NCBI GenBank assembly: GCA_963836285.1
Contig: CAWIIN010000002.1
Coordinates: 2,016,021-2,080,020 of the forward strand
Direction of reading: 5' to 3'
DNA: 64,000 bases
DNA from: an uncultured Acidobacteriota bacterium
GTDB taxonomy: Bacteria > Acidobacteriota > Thermoanaerobaculia > UBA5066
A program made the position numbers and the translations under genes. A model generated the notes under the pieces. That model did no database searches. It worked only from the letters and a program-made list of their open reading frames with translations, and had not been told where the DNA came from. Shown one piece after another: positions 48,747-58,169 of this stretch; position 1 is the first letter of the stretch, and every line of letters starts with the position of its first letter.

Positions 48747-50588
48747 GTGAGAGGTCCCTGCGTCTTTCTTCTGGTCGTCGCGGGGTTGCTCGCCGGGTGC
48801 GTGAGAGCCGCCGGCAGAGGAGAAGGGTGCATCGGCTGCCATAGCGCCCTCGAGGTCGCCTCGCGCTCCCACGCGGGCTGCGTTTCCTGCCACGGCGGGG
48901 ACGCGACCGCGACCGCCGCGGCGGCGGCGCACCGGGGAATGTACGGACGCAGGGATCGCTCGAGCCCCGACCGCTGGCAGCTCGCGTGCGGCTCCTGCCA
49001 CCGCGATCAGGTCGACCGTATGACGAGCGGCCAGATGTTCACGAACGCGGGGATGATCGCGCAGATCCAGGCCACCTGGGAGGGCGAGCGGCCGGGCGTC
49101 CGCTTCGGCGCCGCGGACGCGCGCCCGTATCGGCCCGACGGCTCCGAGGTCGCGGTCGCCTCGGTCGCCGGCCTCGACGGCCTCTCGGGCGAGCTGTACC
49201 GCAAGTTCTGCTCTCGCTGCCATCTCGGCATGGCGGACGACGATCCCACCGAGCCGCGCCATCCCGCGGGCTGCGCGGCCTGTCACTTCCCCTACGGTGA
49301 AGGCGCGGTATACCGGGGTGGCGACGGGACGGTTCGCGGCCGGAGTCCGCACAGCGCCACCCACGAGCTTCAGGGGCTGCCCCCGATGGAGGCCTGCGCG
49401 CGCTGCCACGACCGGAGCGGCCGGACGGCGCTCACCTACCAGGGACTCATGGACGGCAACAACGCTCTCGTGCCGACGAGGCTCGGGCTGGCCGGGCCGG
49501 TGAAGGGCACCGAGGAGCGCTCGTTCACGCACATCGCCGCGGACGTTCACTTCGACGCCGGCATGGAGTGCATCGACTGCCACACGTCGCGCGAAACGAT
49601 GGGAGACGGCTTTGCCCACGCGAACATGGAGGGCCAGCTCGAGATCCGCTGCGAGGACTGCCACGGCGACGGGAAGCGGCCGCCGCGCTTCGTCGAGGCG
49701 ACGCGCGAGAGCGACTCTCCCGTGCGCGAGTCGCGCCAGTACGCCCGCCCCGTGAGCCCCGGCGCGCGGATGGCGCTGACGAGCAAGGGGCGGCCGTACT
49801 CGAACGTCTTCGAAAGCAGGGGCGAGGTGATGCTCGCGGTCAAGCGGACCGGCAAGCTCCTCAGGAGCCCCGTCATCACGGGAACGCCCGCCCATACGAT
49901 CGCCGGCCACGAGCGGATGGAGTGCTCGGCCTGCCACTCGCGTGCGGTGCCGCAGTGCTTCGGCTGTCACACGAGCTACGACAGGCGGGTCTCGAGCTGG
50001 GACGTCATCAAGGACGAGGACAGTCCCGGAGAGTTCGCCGAGACCGAGGACGTCCGCACCCTTTACCCGTTCCCCCTGGCCGTCAACGGCCGCGGCGGCA
50101 TCGCGCCGGTGACTCCCGGCTGTCAGACGTTCGTGACGGTGATCGAGACGGACGGGCGCCGCTCGAAGGACGAGGCCGTGGCCCGCTACAGGGGAAAGCC
50201 GCAGATGCGATTCGCGCCCTTCTATTCCCACAACACCGGCCGCCGTGCCGTGGGGTGCGCCGAGTGCCACGGCGATCCGGCGTTCCTCGGCTTCGGACAG
50301 CATGTCCTGGAGGGCGGTGCGATTCGCGGCACGCTCCTCTGCGAACGCAACCCGAAGAAGGCGCTCGACGGATTCCTCTCGATGGAGGCCGGCCGCGTCG
50401 TGTCCTACGCGGCAATCTCGCGAACGGGAGCCCGGCCCCTGAATCACAAAGAGGTGTTCGGCGTCCTCGCGGTCAATCTCTGTCTCGTCTGCCACGAGAA
50501 GGCCGACGACCCCGTCTATCGAAAGAGGCTCGACCATGGCGCGCTCGACGACGCTCTTCATCGCCGCCTGCTGGCTGCTCGCCGCTAG
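48747..50588 (+). CDS. extM: 12-heme c-type cytochrome, ExtM-like
   Basis: GTG at 48747, lipobox-like LLAGC; twelve CxxCH (CIGCH, CVSCH, CGSCH, CSRCH, CAACH, CARCH, CIDCH, CEDCH, CSACH, CFGCH, CAECH, CLVCH). Confidence 0.8.
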   Translation: MRGPCVFLLVVAGLLAGCVRAAGRGEGCIGCHSALEVASRSHAGCVSCHGGDATATAAAAAHRGMYGRRDRSSPDRWQLACGSCHRDQVDRMTSGQMFTNAGMIAQIQATWEGERPGVRFGAADARPYRPDGSEVAVASVAGLDGLSGELYRKFCSRCHLGMADDDPTEPRHPAGCAACHFPYGEGAVYRGGDGTVRGRSPHSATHELQGLPPMEACARCHDRSGRTALTYQGLMDGNNALVPTRLGLAGPVKGTEERSFTHIAADVHFDAGMECIDCHTSRETMGDGFAHANMEGQLEIRCEDCHGDGKRPPRFVEATRESDSPVRESRQYARPVSPGARMALTSKGRPYSNVFESRGEVMLAVKRTGKLLRSPVITGTPAHTIAGHERMECSACHSRAVPQCFGCHTSYDRRVSSWDVIKDEDSPGEFAETEDVRTLYPFPLAVNGRGGIAPVTPGCQTFVTVIETDGRRSKDEAVARYRGKPQMRFAPFYSHNTGRRAVGCAECHGDPAFLGFGQHVLEGGAIRGTLLCERNPKKALDGFLSMEAGRVVSYAAISRTGARPLNHKEVFGVLAVNLCLVCHEKADDPVYRKRLDHGALDDALHRRLLAARR

Positions 50589-51693
50589 CGCGGCCCGGCT
50601 CGCGGACGCGAGTCCCGGCCCGGTGGAAGCCGGGTCGGCGGCGGCGGCCTGCCTGCGCTGCCACGAGTCCGCTCGAGGCGTGCTGGAGGGCCGGATGGCC
50701 ACACGGTCCGGCGAACGCGCATTAGCGCGGCGGGCGTTCGGAGTCGAAGGCGACCGTTTCTTCGCTTCGGCCTGCGCCGGATGCCACGTCGCGAAGTGCG
50801 CCGATTGCCACGGAGAGGAACCGCACCGCGCCGGCCGGCCGAGGAACGAGGCCTGCCTGCGTTGTCATAACGGGTACTCGGCGGGCTGGGAGTACGAGGG
50901 CCGCGCGCCGCGCGAGGATCACGCCCGTTACCGGCGCGGAGCGACGGCCCAGGGAGAGCCGTTCCTCAGGATGCTTGCCGACGTCCACTTCGAGCGCGGG
51001 ATGAGCTGCGCGGATTGCCACACGATGAAGTCGCTTCAGGAAGGGAAGCGCGCCGCGCGGGGCTGCCGGGACTGCCACACGCCGGCGGCGTCCTCGAGCC
51101 CGGAGCACGCGATCGCGGCACACCTCGAGAAACTGTCCTGCGTCGCCTGTCACGCCTCCTGGGCGGCCCAGGAGTACGGGACGTTCCTGATCCGGCCCGC
51201 GAACGCGGAACAGGAGGAGAGCGTTCTCTCCGTTCCCTAGTGGGGGCCGTGGCGCAAGAGCGCCCACCTGAAGCGGCAGGACGCGCCGCCTCTCGGGCTC
51301 GACCGGGAAGGCCTCGTGTCGCCGATCCGCCCGCGCTTTCTGCTCTTCGTGACCGATCCGAAGAACGGCGTCGAGAACCGGCTCGTGGCGGCGGAGTGGC
51401 GCGCCTTCTCGCCGCACACGGTGCGCCGCGGGACCGTCGCCTGCGGCGGCTGCCACGACAACCGGCGGCGCTTTCTCCTCGAGCGGGACGACGAACGGCT
51501 CTATCGGCTCGAGAAGGACGGTCTGCCGCTGCGGTCGTACTGGAATCGCGACAGGCAGATCGTCGTCAACGGCTCGTTCTTTCCGCCCGGACGCTACGTC
51601 CGGATGAACGTCAGGTCTCCCGAATACGCCCGACAGGTCGTGAACCGATGGCAGAAGCTCCTCGCTCCCGCCGCTCCGCGCTCGAAGCGCTAG
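50536..51693 (+). CDS. Multiheme c-type cytochrome (8 CxxCH) interrupted by an in-frame TAG at 51238-51240
   Basis: ORFs 50536..51240 and 51316..51693 share a frame; seven CxxCH before the TAG and CGGCH after it; coding-like sequence continues directly past the TAG. Confidence 0.8.
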
Positions 51694-52106
51694 GCCTCTT
51701 CGTGCTCGGGGCGGCCGGGCTCTGGCGTTTTCTCACTCCGCGCAGCGGGGCGGGAGGATCGCGGCCGGCGTTCGTCCGGATCGCCGAGCGGGAGATTCCG
51801 GAGAACGGCGCGCTCGTCCTGCCCGAGTCGGGCGTCGCCGTCGTGCGCGAGGGCGAGGATCTCCTCGCGCTCGACGTCGGCTGCACCCACCTCGGGTGCA
51901 CGGTGACGGCCAACGCGAACGGCTTCGCCTGCCCGTGCCACGGCAGCCGCTTCGGCACCTCGGGCCAGGTGCTCACGGGGCCCGCGCCGCGCCCGCTCGG
52001 CCGACTGGCGATCCGGAGGGAAGGAGGCTCCATCCACGTTCCGCGCGGACGGGGTGCCGGTCTCGAGGCTCCCGGCGGCGTGCGAAACCCCGTCGAGGCC
52101 GGATAG
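51648..52106 (+). CDS. Rieske 2Fe-2S protein
   Basis: SRRSAL plus TM segment, [24 protein letters not shown] at 51648. Confidence 0.92.
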   Translation: MAEAPRSRRSALEALGLFVLGAAGLWRFLTPRSGAGGSRPAFVRIAEREIPENGALVLPESGVAVVREGEDLLALDVGCTHLGCTVTANANGFACPCHGSRFGTSGQVLTGPAPRPLGRLAIRREGGSIHVPRGRGAGLEAPGGVRNPVEAG

Positions 52107-52111
52107 GCGTC

Positions 52112-52732
52112 ATGTTCAAGGAGCTCGCGAAGCACCTCTTCCCGCGGATGGTCCTGGGCGACAACCTGCGGATCCGATACACGTTTTGCCTCGGAGGCCT
52201 CGCGTTCACGTGCCTCCTCGTCCTCGCAGGAACCGGTCTCCTTCTCCTCTTCTATTACAGCCCGTCTCCCGCCGGCGCCCACGCCTCGATTCAGTTCCTC
52301 GAAAACGCCGTCTGGGGAGGGGGCTTCGTCCGGAGCCTGCATCGGGTCGCGTCGCACGTCCTTCTCGTTCTCGTCGCGTTTCACACGCTGCGGGTGCTCC
52401 TGACCGGAGCGTTTCAGCGGCCCCGAAGGCTGAACTGGGTCGTCGGGTGTCTCCTGCTGTTCCTGTGCGTCCTCGAGGCCTACACCGGCTACCTGCTTCC
52501 GATGGACCAGCTCGCGTACTGGGCTACGCAGACGGGCATGGAGCTGCTGCGGACGCTCCCGTTCGGGGACTCCGCGCGCTCCGTCCTGGTTCCGGACGCG
52601 GTGGGTGGGCCGCTGTCGCTGCTCCGGTTCTTCGCCCTCCACGTCGCGGTCGTTCCGCTCGTTCTGTTCGTTCTGTCGATGCTCCACTTCTTCATCGTTC
52701 GCAGGCAGAAAGGCCTTCTCCCTTACCTGTGA
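52112..52732 (+). CDS. extP: Cytochrome b6-like N-terminal subunit, ExtP-like
   Basis: YTFCLGG, GLLLLFYY.P, RSLHRVASH, HTLRV, NWVVG, TGYLLPMDQLAYWA, RFFALHV, LHF. Confidence 0.88.
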   Translation: MFKELAKHLFPRMVLGDNLRIRYTFCLGGLAFTCLLVLAGTGLLLLFYYSPSPAGAHASIQFLENAVWGGGFVRSLHRVASHVLLVLVAFHTLRVLLTGAFQRPRRLNWVVGCLLLFLCVLEAYTGYLLPMDQLAYWATQTGMELLRTLPFGDSARSVLVPDAVGGPLSLLRFFALHVAVVPLVLFVLSMLHFFIVRRQKGLLPYL

Positions 52733-53139
52733 GCGGATTCGTCCCCAGCTCCCCGCACCTCTTCAGGCCGCTCGAGCGGGCGCTTCTCGGCGGCGTCGCT
52801 CTGCTTTTCCTCCTCGCCGTCTTCTTTCCCGCGCCCCTCCAGATCGCGGCCGACCCGGCGCACCCGCCGAATCCAGCCAAGTCCGCTTGGTTCCTCCTGT
52901 GGATCCAGGAGCTCGTGAGCCACGACACGCTCGCGATTCACGCGGCGCTCGCGCTCGCGATCCTGCTCGTGGCGCTCCCGTGGCTGCCGATCCGGCCGGT
53001 CGAACGGGCCTCGTGGTTTCCGCGCCCGCAGAGGACGCTCGCCGTGATCGTCGTCGTCGTCTGCGGTGTTCTCGTCGCCCTCACGGCGACGGGACTGTTC
53101 TTCCGGGGGCCCGATTGGCATCTCGTCTCGCCCTTCTGA
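52729..53139 (+). CDS. extQ: Cytochrome b subunit IV-like membrane protein, ExtQ-like
   Basis: PAPLQIAADPAHPPNPAKSAWFLLWIQELVS, LPWL, FFRGPDW. GTG overlaps the previous stop. Confidence 0.82.
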   Translation: MSGFVPSSPHLFRPLERALLGGVALLFLLAVFFPAPLQIAADPAHPPNPAKSAWFLLWIQELVSHDTLAIHAALALAILLVALPWLPIRPVERASWFPRPQRTLAVIVVVVCGVLVALTATGLFFRGPDWHLVSPF

Positions 53140-53996
53140 TCGCGCCGCTTCTCCTCGTGGCGGGAGGCTGCGCGAAGACGCACGCGGAGGCCCGCGCCGG
53201 CGAGGGCTGCCGCGGCTGCCACGTGACGCGCCATGCGGAACGAGGGCCATGCGCGTCCTGCCACGGCGGCGATCCGGCCGCCGCGCGCGAGGAGCTCGCG
53301 CACCACCGCCTGATCACCGGAAGGGCCGCCGAGCACGGCATGCCGGACTCTCGGGCTGTGGCCGAGGGGCGCGACCGAGTCGAGCGACTCGCGTGCCGCA
53401 GATGCCACACCATCGGCGCGTCGGGCAATCGGCTCGCGACGAACCTCGACCGCGTCGCCTGGAGACGCGATCAGGCCGAGCTCGCGCGCTCGATCGGCAC
53501 GCCCGTCGAGAACATGCCGCGGTTCGGCCTCGATCGAGGTCAGGTCGAAGCCGCGATCGCGTACCTCCTGCATTCGGCGGACCCGAGCCTCGGAACGGAG
53601 ACGTACCGCGTCCGGTTCGCGAAGCGGGAAAGTGCTCGTGATTCGAGCCTCGAGACCCGATGCGGCGGATGCCACCGGACTCTCGGTGCCGGGAGCCCGC
53701 TCGGGAGAGGATCGGCCGGCCCCAACCTCTCGGGCGTCTTCACGGCTTTCTATCCGCCGACGGCGCCGGGAAGACGACCCTGGACTCCGTCGACGCTCCA
53801 AAGATGGCTCGAAAACCCCCGGGTGCTGCGGCCCGGAACGGCCATGCGCCCGGTCCGCGTCGCAGCCGCAGACTTCCGGGTCCTCGTCGAGGAACTCGGT
53901 GGGGCCTCATCTTGCTCGAAGGGGAGCCGCCGGGTGGGCGCCCGTCAGGGCGCGGGCGACTTCGAGCCGCAGGTGTTCAGCCCGAACAGCGAATAG
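53115..53996 (+). CDS. extS: c-type cytochrome lipoprotein with 4 CxxCH, ExtS-like
   Basis: TTG at 53115, lipobox VAGGC, CRGCH, CASCH, CRRCH, CGGCH, GPNLSG, WLENPR..RPGTAM. Confidence 0.75.
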   Translation: MASRLALLIAPLLLVAGGCAKTHAEARAGEGCRGCHVTRHAERGPCASCHGGDPAAAREELAHHRLITGRAAEHGMPDSRAVAEGRDRVERLACRRCHTIGASGNRLATNLDRVAWRRDQAELARSIGTPVENMPRFGLDRGQVEAAIAYLLHSADPSLGTETYRVRFAKRESARDSSLETRCGGCHRTLGAGSPLGRGSAGPNLSGVFTAFYPPTAPGRRPWTPSTLQRWLENPRVLRPGTAMRPVRVAAADFRVLVEELGGASSCSKGSRRVGARQGAGDFEPQVFSPNSE

Positions 53997-54079
53997 GCCG
54001 GACAGTTCCCCGCGAGCCCGGTCACGAGGGGATGAGGCCGCGGTGACTCCTTCCGGCCGCCCAACGTCCGGCGGGGCTC

Positions 54080-55219
54080 TCAGACGAGACGGAACTCCCA
54101 GCCACAATGCCCCTGCGCACCGGCGTCCGGCGGGCACGAGAGGCAGCGCGTCGTGATGCGCGGGTCGACGGTGCGCGCGAAGGTCTCGAACTCCACCTCG
54201 CCGACGGGCCTGCACGGGAAGTCGGGCAGGCCCTTGCGCCGGCGCGTCTCCTGTACGCGGCAGGACGTCATGAAGAAGCGCAGGACCGCGCCCTCCCGCT
54301 CGACCCGGCTGGGGTTCACGAAGCTGTAGGCCCGGAAGGAGAGCGCCCGCGCGAGCGCGTCGAGGCCGCCGTCCTTCGGGATCGCGTACGTCTCCATGAT
54401 CCGCCGCGCCTCGGCCGCCGCGAAGCGCCGCCACGCTCCAGCGTCGAGCTCCATTGCCACGTCCATCCCGAAGCGCTCCTCGGCGGCGAGGAACCAGCTT
54501 CCGTCGTGGGCGAGCCAGTTCTTCGCGAAGACGTCGAGTGCCTTGAGGAGGCCCGGGCGGTCGAGCGCTCCGAACGCGGGCGGCACCGCGGCATCCGCGG
54601 CGGCGGGAGCCGAGAAGGTCGCGAATCGCTCGTGGTGAGCCTCCCCCGCGGCGGTCTCCACCAGGCCGAGCGCGGACAGGAACCCGCGGGTCCAGTCCAG
54701 GGTGACGGGACCCTCCGGGTGGATGCGCTCCTCGGCCGCGTGGACACGCGCCGCGAACGCGAAGCCCTCGGGCGAGAAATCCGCGAGGAGGAGAACGCCG
54801 CCGGGCCGGACGACGCGCACGACCTCGCGCAGGACGGACGCGCCCTCGGCGAGGTGGTGGAGGACGTTGAACGAAACGGCGGAGGCGAAGGCGCCGTCGG
54901 GGAAGGGGAGCGCGGCCCCGTCTGCCGGCGTGAAGCGGATCGCGGCCTCGAGGCCCGTTCCGAGGGTGAGAGACGCGGCGACCTCCTGGTCCCCGGCGTT
55001 CACGTCCACGCTCTCGACGGTGAGTCCGCGCCGCGCGAGCTCGCGCGCCATGCCGCCCATCCCGGTGCCGAGATCGAGGACCGGCCCGTCGAGCGGGCCC
55101 GCCGCGTCGAGGACGAGCGCCGCGGCGCGCGCGCCGTCGTGTCCGAGAGCCGCGAAGGCCGCGCGCCGCTTCCGGAACGACTCTTTCCGACGCTCGATCT
55201 CGTCGGAGGCCAGCGTCAC
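54080..55219 (-). CDS. Class I SAM-dependent methyltransferase fused to a DUF6125-like Cys-rich domain
   Basis: VLDLGTGMG, LPFPDGAF, VVRPGG; then KNWLAHDGSWF, CRVQ..RRRKGL..FPC, CLSCPPD...CGWEF. GTG at 55219. Confidence 0.82.
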   Translation of the reverse strand: MTLASDEIERRKESFRKRRAAFAALGHDGARAAALVLDAAGPLDGPVLDLGTGMGGMARELARRGLTVESVDVNAGDQEVAASLTLGTGLEAAIRFTPADGAALPFPDGAFASAVSFNVLHHLAEGASVLREVVRVVRPGGVLLLADFSPEGFAFAARVHAAEERIHPEGPVTLDWTRGFLSALGLVETAAGEAHHERFATFSAPAAADAAVPPAFGALDRPGLLKALDVFAKNWLAHDGSWFLAAEERFGMDVAMELDAGAWRRFAAAEARRIMETYAIPKDGGLDALARALSFRAYSFVNPSRVEREGAVLRFFMTSCRVQETRRRKGLPDFPCRPVGEVEFETFARTVDPRITTRCLSCPPDAGAQGHCGWEFRLV

Positions 55220-55389
55220 GCGTCCGTTTCCTTCTTCGCCTCCGGCCCCGTCGGCCTCGAGCAGCTCGCCCCGCCTCCGGCGGGACCCGGAGCCCCTCAC
55301 GTCGGGACGCCGAGGCGCGGGAGGACGAACTTCTGGAGGAGTACCCAGACGAGGAGGGCGCCCCACAGCCATGCGGCGTCGGCGGTCAT
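55216..55389 (-). CDS. Small membrane protein with an in-frame UGA; candidate selenoprotein (57 aa with readthrough, 30 aa without)
   Basis: MTADAAWLWGALLVWVLLQKFVLPRLGVPT-UGA-GAPGPAGGGASCSRPTGPEAKKETDA*. Fills the gap between two operon genes; its final stop overlaps the next GTG; a hairpin follows the UGA. Confidence 0.6.
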
Positions 55390-55396
55390 GGCGGAC

Positions 55397-56629
55397 TCAG
55401 CCCCGGATCCCGAGCGCGCCGGCCCCGGCCGGAACGACCTGCGCGGCCTTCTCGAGCGCCTGCCCGACGTCGGCGATCAGGTCGCGCACATCCTCGCAGC
55501 CAACGGAGAGTCGCACGAGGTCGTCGGAAATCCCGGCGGCCTCGCGCTCCGCTTTCGGCATTCCCGTGTGCGTCATCGAGGCCGGGTGCTCGATCAGGGT
55601 CTCGACGCCGCCGAGACTGACGGCGAGCGTCGCGAGGCGCACGGAGTCGATGAGCGCCTTGCCCGCCTCGAGCCCGCCCTTGACGCCGAACGAGAACACG
55701 GCGCCCGGCCCGGACATCTGCCGCAGCATGAGCGCGTGCTGGGGGTGGCTCGGGAGGCCGGGGTGGAGCACCCACGCGACGCCGGGGTGCGCCTCGAGGA
55801 AGAGGGCGATCTCGAGCGCGTTTGCCTGGGCGCGCTCCATCCTGAGCCCGAGCGTCTTGACGCCGCGCAGGACGAGCCACGCCTGGTGCGGGTCCATCGT
55901 CCCCCCGAATGCGGTGTGGACCTTCCGGAGCCTCTCGTGGAGCGCGGGCGAGCCGGAGACGATCGCGCCGCCGACGACGTCCGTGTGGCCGTTGATGTAC
56001 TTCGTGAGGCTGTGGACGACGACGTCGGCCCCGAGCGAGAGCGGCTGCTGGAGGACGGGCGAGGCGAACGTGTTGTCCACGACGAGGAGCGCTCCGTTGG
56101 CATGCGCGATGTCGGCGCAGGCCGCGAGGTCCGTGAGCTTCATCGTCGGGTTCGCGGGGGTCTCGATGTAGACCATCCTCGTGGAGGGGCGCATCGCCGC
56201 CGCGACGTTCTGCGGATTCGAGGAGTCGACCCACGTCGAGGCGACGCCGAAGCGACGATACTCGTTCTCGAGGACCAGCCGGGACGGGCCGTAGACCGAG
56301 TCCGTCCCGACGACGTGGGCACCCTCGCCGAGGAACGTGACGTAGACCGTGTTGATCGCGGCCATGCCGGTCGCCGCGCCGAGCGCGCCGCAGCCTCCTT
56401 CGAGGGTCGCGAGGCACTCCTCGAGCGCCGCGACCGTCGGATTGCCGAGGCGCGTGTACTTGTAGCCCGGGTCGCGCCCCTGGAAGCGGGCGGCTCCCTC
56501 GTCCGCATTGCGGAATGCGAAGGTGGAAGTCTGATAGATGGGCGTCGAGACGGCGCCCGTGGCGGGGTCGGGGTGCTGTCCCGCGTGGATGATGCGGGTG
56601 GCCGGATGCATCTTGCGGAGGTCGGTCAT
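55397..56629 (-). CDS. Methionine gamma-lyase / Cys-Met metabolism PLP enzyme
   Basis: PIYQTSTF, YTRLGNPT, TGMAAI, ETPANP, VDNTF, HSLTKYINGHTD, AVSLGGVETLIEHPASMTH. ATG at 56629. Confidence 0.92.
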   Translation of the reverse strand: MTDLRKMHPATRIIHAGQHPDPATGAVSTPIYQTSTFAFRNADEGAARFQGRDPGYKYTRLGNPTVAALEECLATLEGGCGALGAATGMAAINTVYVTFLGEGAHVVGTDSVYGPSRLVLENEYRRFGVASTWVDSSNPQNVAAAMRPSTRMVYIETPANPTMKLTDLAACADIAHANGALLVVDNTFASPVLQQPLSLGADVVVHSLTKYINGHTDVVGGAIVSGSPALHERLRKVHTAFGGTMDPHQAWLVLRGVKTLGLRMERAQANALEIALFLEAHPGVAWVLHPGLPSHPQHALMLRQMSGPGAVFSFGVKGGLEAGKALIDSVRLATLAVSLGGVETLIEHPASMTHTGMPKAEREAAGISDDLVRLSVGCEDVRDLIADVGQALEKAAQVVPAGAGALGIRG

Positions 56630-58155
56630 GGTGCGTCCTTTCCGTGCGCGGGGGCGGCCGTGCGGGGCGCCCACTCGCCGGTGTCGTCTTTCTGGGAGTA
56701 ATCCTCCGCGAGCTCGTGGCCGCGCCGCGCGACGTGGTCGACGCCCTCGAGGAGGGCCTGGAACTCGTCCTCGCTCACGGTCGGCGCGAGGCTGATGCGG
56801 ACCCAGCCCGGCTTCTCGCCGAGGTGGCCCTCGTCGAGCCGATGGCGGATCGACTTCGAGCGCGCCTCGTCGATGTTCAGGAGGAGGTGTCCGTACGGGC
56901 CCGCGCACATGCAGCCGGCCCGGACCTGGATTCCGAAGAGGTCGTTCAGGAGCCGCGCCGCGAGGTTGTGGTGCACGCGGCGGAAGATGACGGAGAGGAC
57001 GCCGAGGCGCCGCGTCTCGAGGTTCCCGAGGAGATAGAGGTCGTCGCGGCCCTGCCACGCGCGGATCGCGCGGCCGAGGTATTCCTGCTCGACACGCTCC
57101 GTGCGCGCGGCGCCGACGGCCGCCTTGAGGTCGAAGGCGAGGCCGGCCTGGATCGTCTGGACGATCGGCGGCGTCCCGCCGGTCTCGCGCGACTCGATCG
57201 CGCCGAGGTAGCGGTGGTCCCACGGCGACGTGTAGAGCACCGTCCCGCCGCCCGGCTCGGCCGGGACACGGTTCGTGAAGAGCCTGCGGTGCGCGACGAG
57301 AATTCCCGGCGTCCGAGGGCCGCCGAGGAACTTGTGGACGGAAAAGAAGACGGCGTCGAGCGCGCTCCCGGGGTCGCCGGCAGGATGCATGTCCACGTCC
57401 ACGTAGGGTCCCGCCGCCGCGTAGTCGAAGAACGCGAGCGCGCCGTGCCGGTGGAGGACGCGCGCGAGGCCGTGGACGTCGTTCAGGATCCCCGTCACGT
57501 TCGACGCGGCGCTGAAGGTCCCGATCTTCCAGGGCCGGCTCCCGTGCGCCGCGAGCTTGCGGTCGAGGTCCTCGAGGCTGATCCGGCCGTCGGCGTCGAA
57601 CTCGACGTAGACGGAGTCGCCGACCGTCTCGCGCCACGCGATGTCGTTCGAGTGGTGCTCCATGAGCGACCGGAAGACGACGGGCCGGCCTTCCGGGGGG
57701 ATGCGGGCGGCGAGCCCGAAGCGCCCATCGAGCTGGTCCGGGAGCCTCAGGCCGAGGACGTGGATGAGCCGGTTGATCGCGCCGGTCGAGCCCGAGCCGA
57801 CCGGGATCACGGCGTCGTCCCCGGTCGCGCCCACGTACGCGCCGATCTTGCGGAGCGCTCCCTCGTAGAGATCCGTCATCCGGCGGGACGTGAAGTTGCT
57901 TTCCGTGTGCGTGTTCGCCATGAACGGGAGGACGCGCTCGTTCAGCTCGTCCTCGACGTCCCGGTGGAAGCGGCCCGAGGCGATGAAGTCGAAGTAGCGG
58001 AGCGGCACGTCGCCCGACGGGCCCGGGAGGACGGCGCCGGCGCCGATGACGCGGTCGCGGAGGTGCCCGAGGAACGCGGCCTCCTCGGCGGGCGCGGACG
58101 TGACGACGGGGCCGCGCGGCGCTGCGGAGGACGTGTCGACGAGACGGGGCGGCAC
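56626..58155 (-). CDS. Class V PLP aminotransferase, cysteine desulfurase/selenocysteine lyase-like
   Basis: YFDFIASG, ANTHTE, MEHHSN, AASNVTG, FDYAA, SVHKFLGGP, RAGCMCAGPYGH, KPGWVR. Confidence 0.88.
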   Translation of the reverse strand: MPPRLVDTSSAAPRGPVVTSAPAEEAAFLGHLRDRVIGAGAVLPGPSGDVPLRYFDFIASGRFHRDVEDELNERVLPFMANTHTESNFTSRRMTDLYEGALRKIGAYVGATGDDAVIPVGSGSTGAINRLIHVLGLRLPDQLDGRFGLAARIPPEGRPVVFRSLMEHHSNDIAWRETVGDSVYVEFDADGRISLEDLDRKLAAHGSRPWKIGTFSAASNVTGILNDVHGLARVLHRHGALAFFDYAAAGPYVDVDMHPAGDPGSALDAVFFSVHKFLGGPRTPGILVAHRRLFTNRVPAEPGGGTVLYTSPWDHRYLGAIESRETGGTPPIVQTIQAGLAFDLKAAVGAARTERVEQEYLGRAIRAWQGRDDLYLLGNLETRRLGVLSVIFRRVHHNLAARLLNDLFGIQVRAGCMCAGPYGHLLLNIDEARSKSIRHRLDEGHLGEKPGWVRISLAPTVSEDEFQALLEGVDHVARRGHELAEDYSQKDDTGEWAPRTAAPAHGKDAP

Positions 58156-58169
58156 GGCGGTGGTGTCTC

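Noticed and set aside
47883-50588. 901-aa cytochrome b-multiheme fusion in the ORF track
   Set aside because: Produced by frameshifts in the cytochrome b gene; the multiheme protein has its own GTG and signal peptide at 48747.
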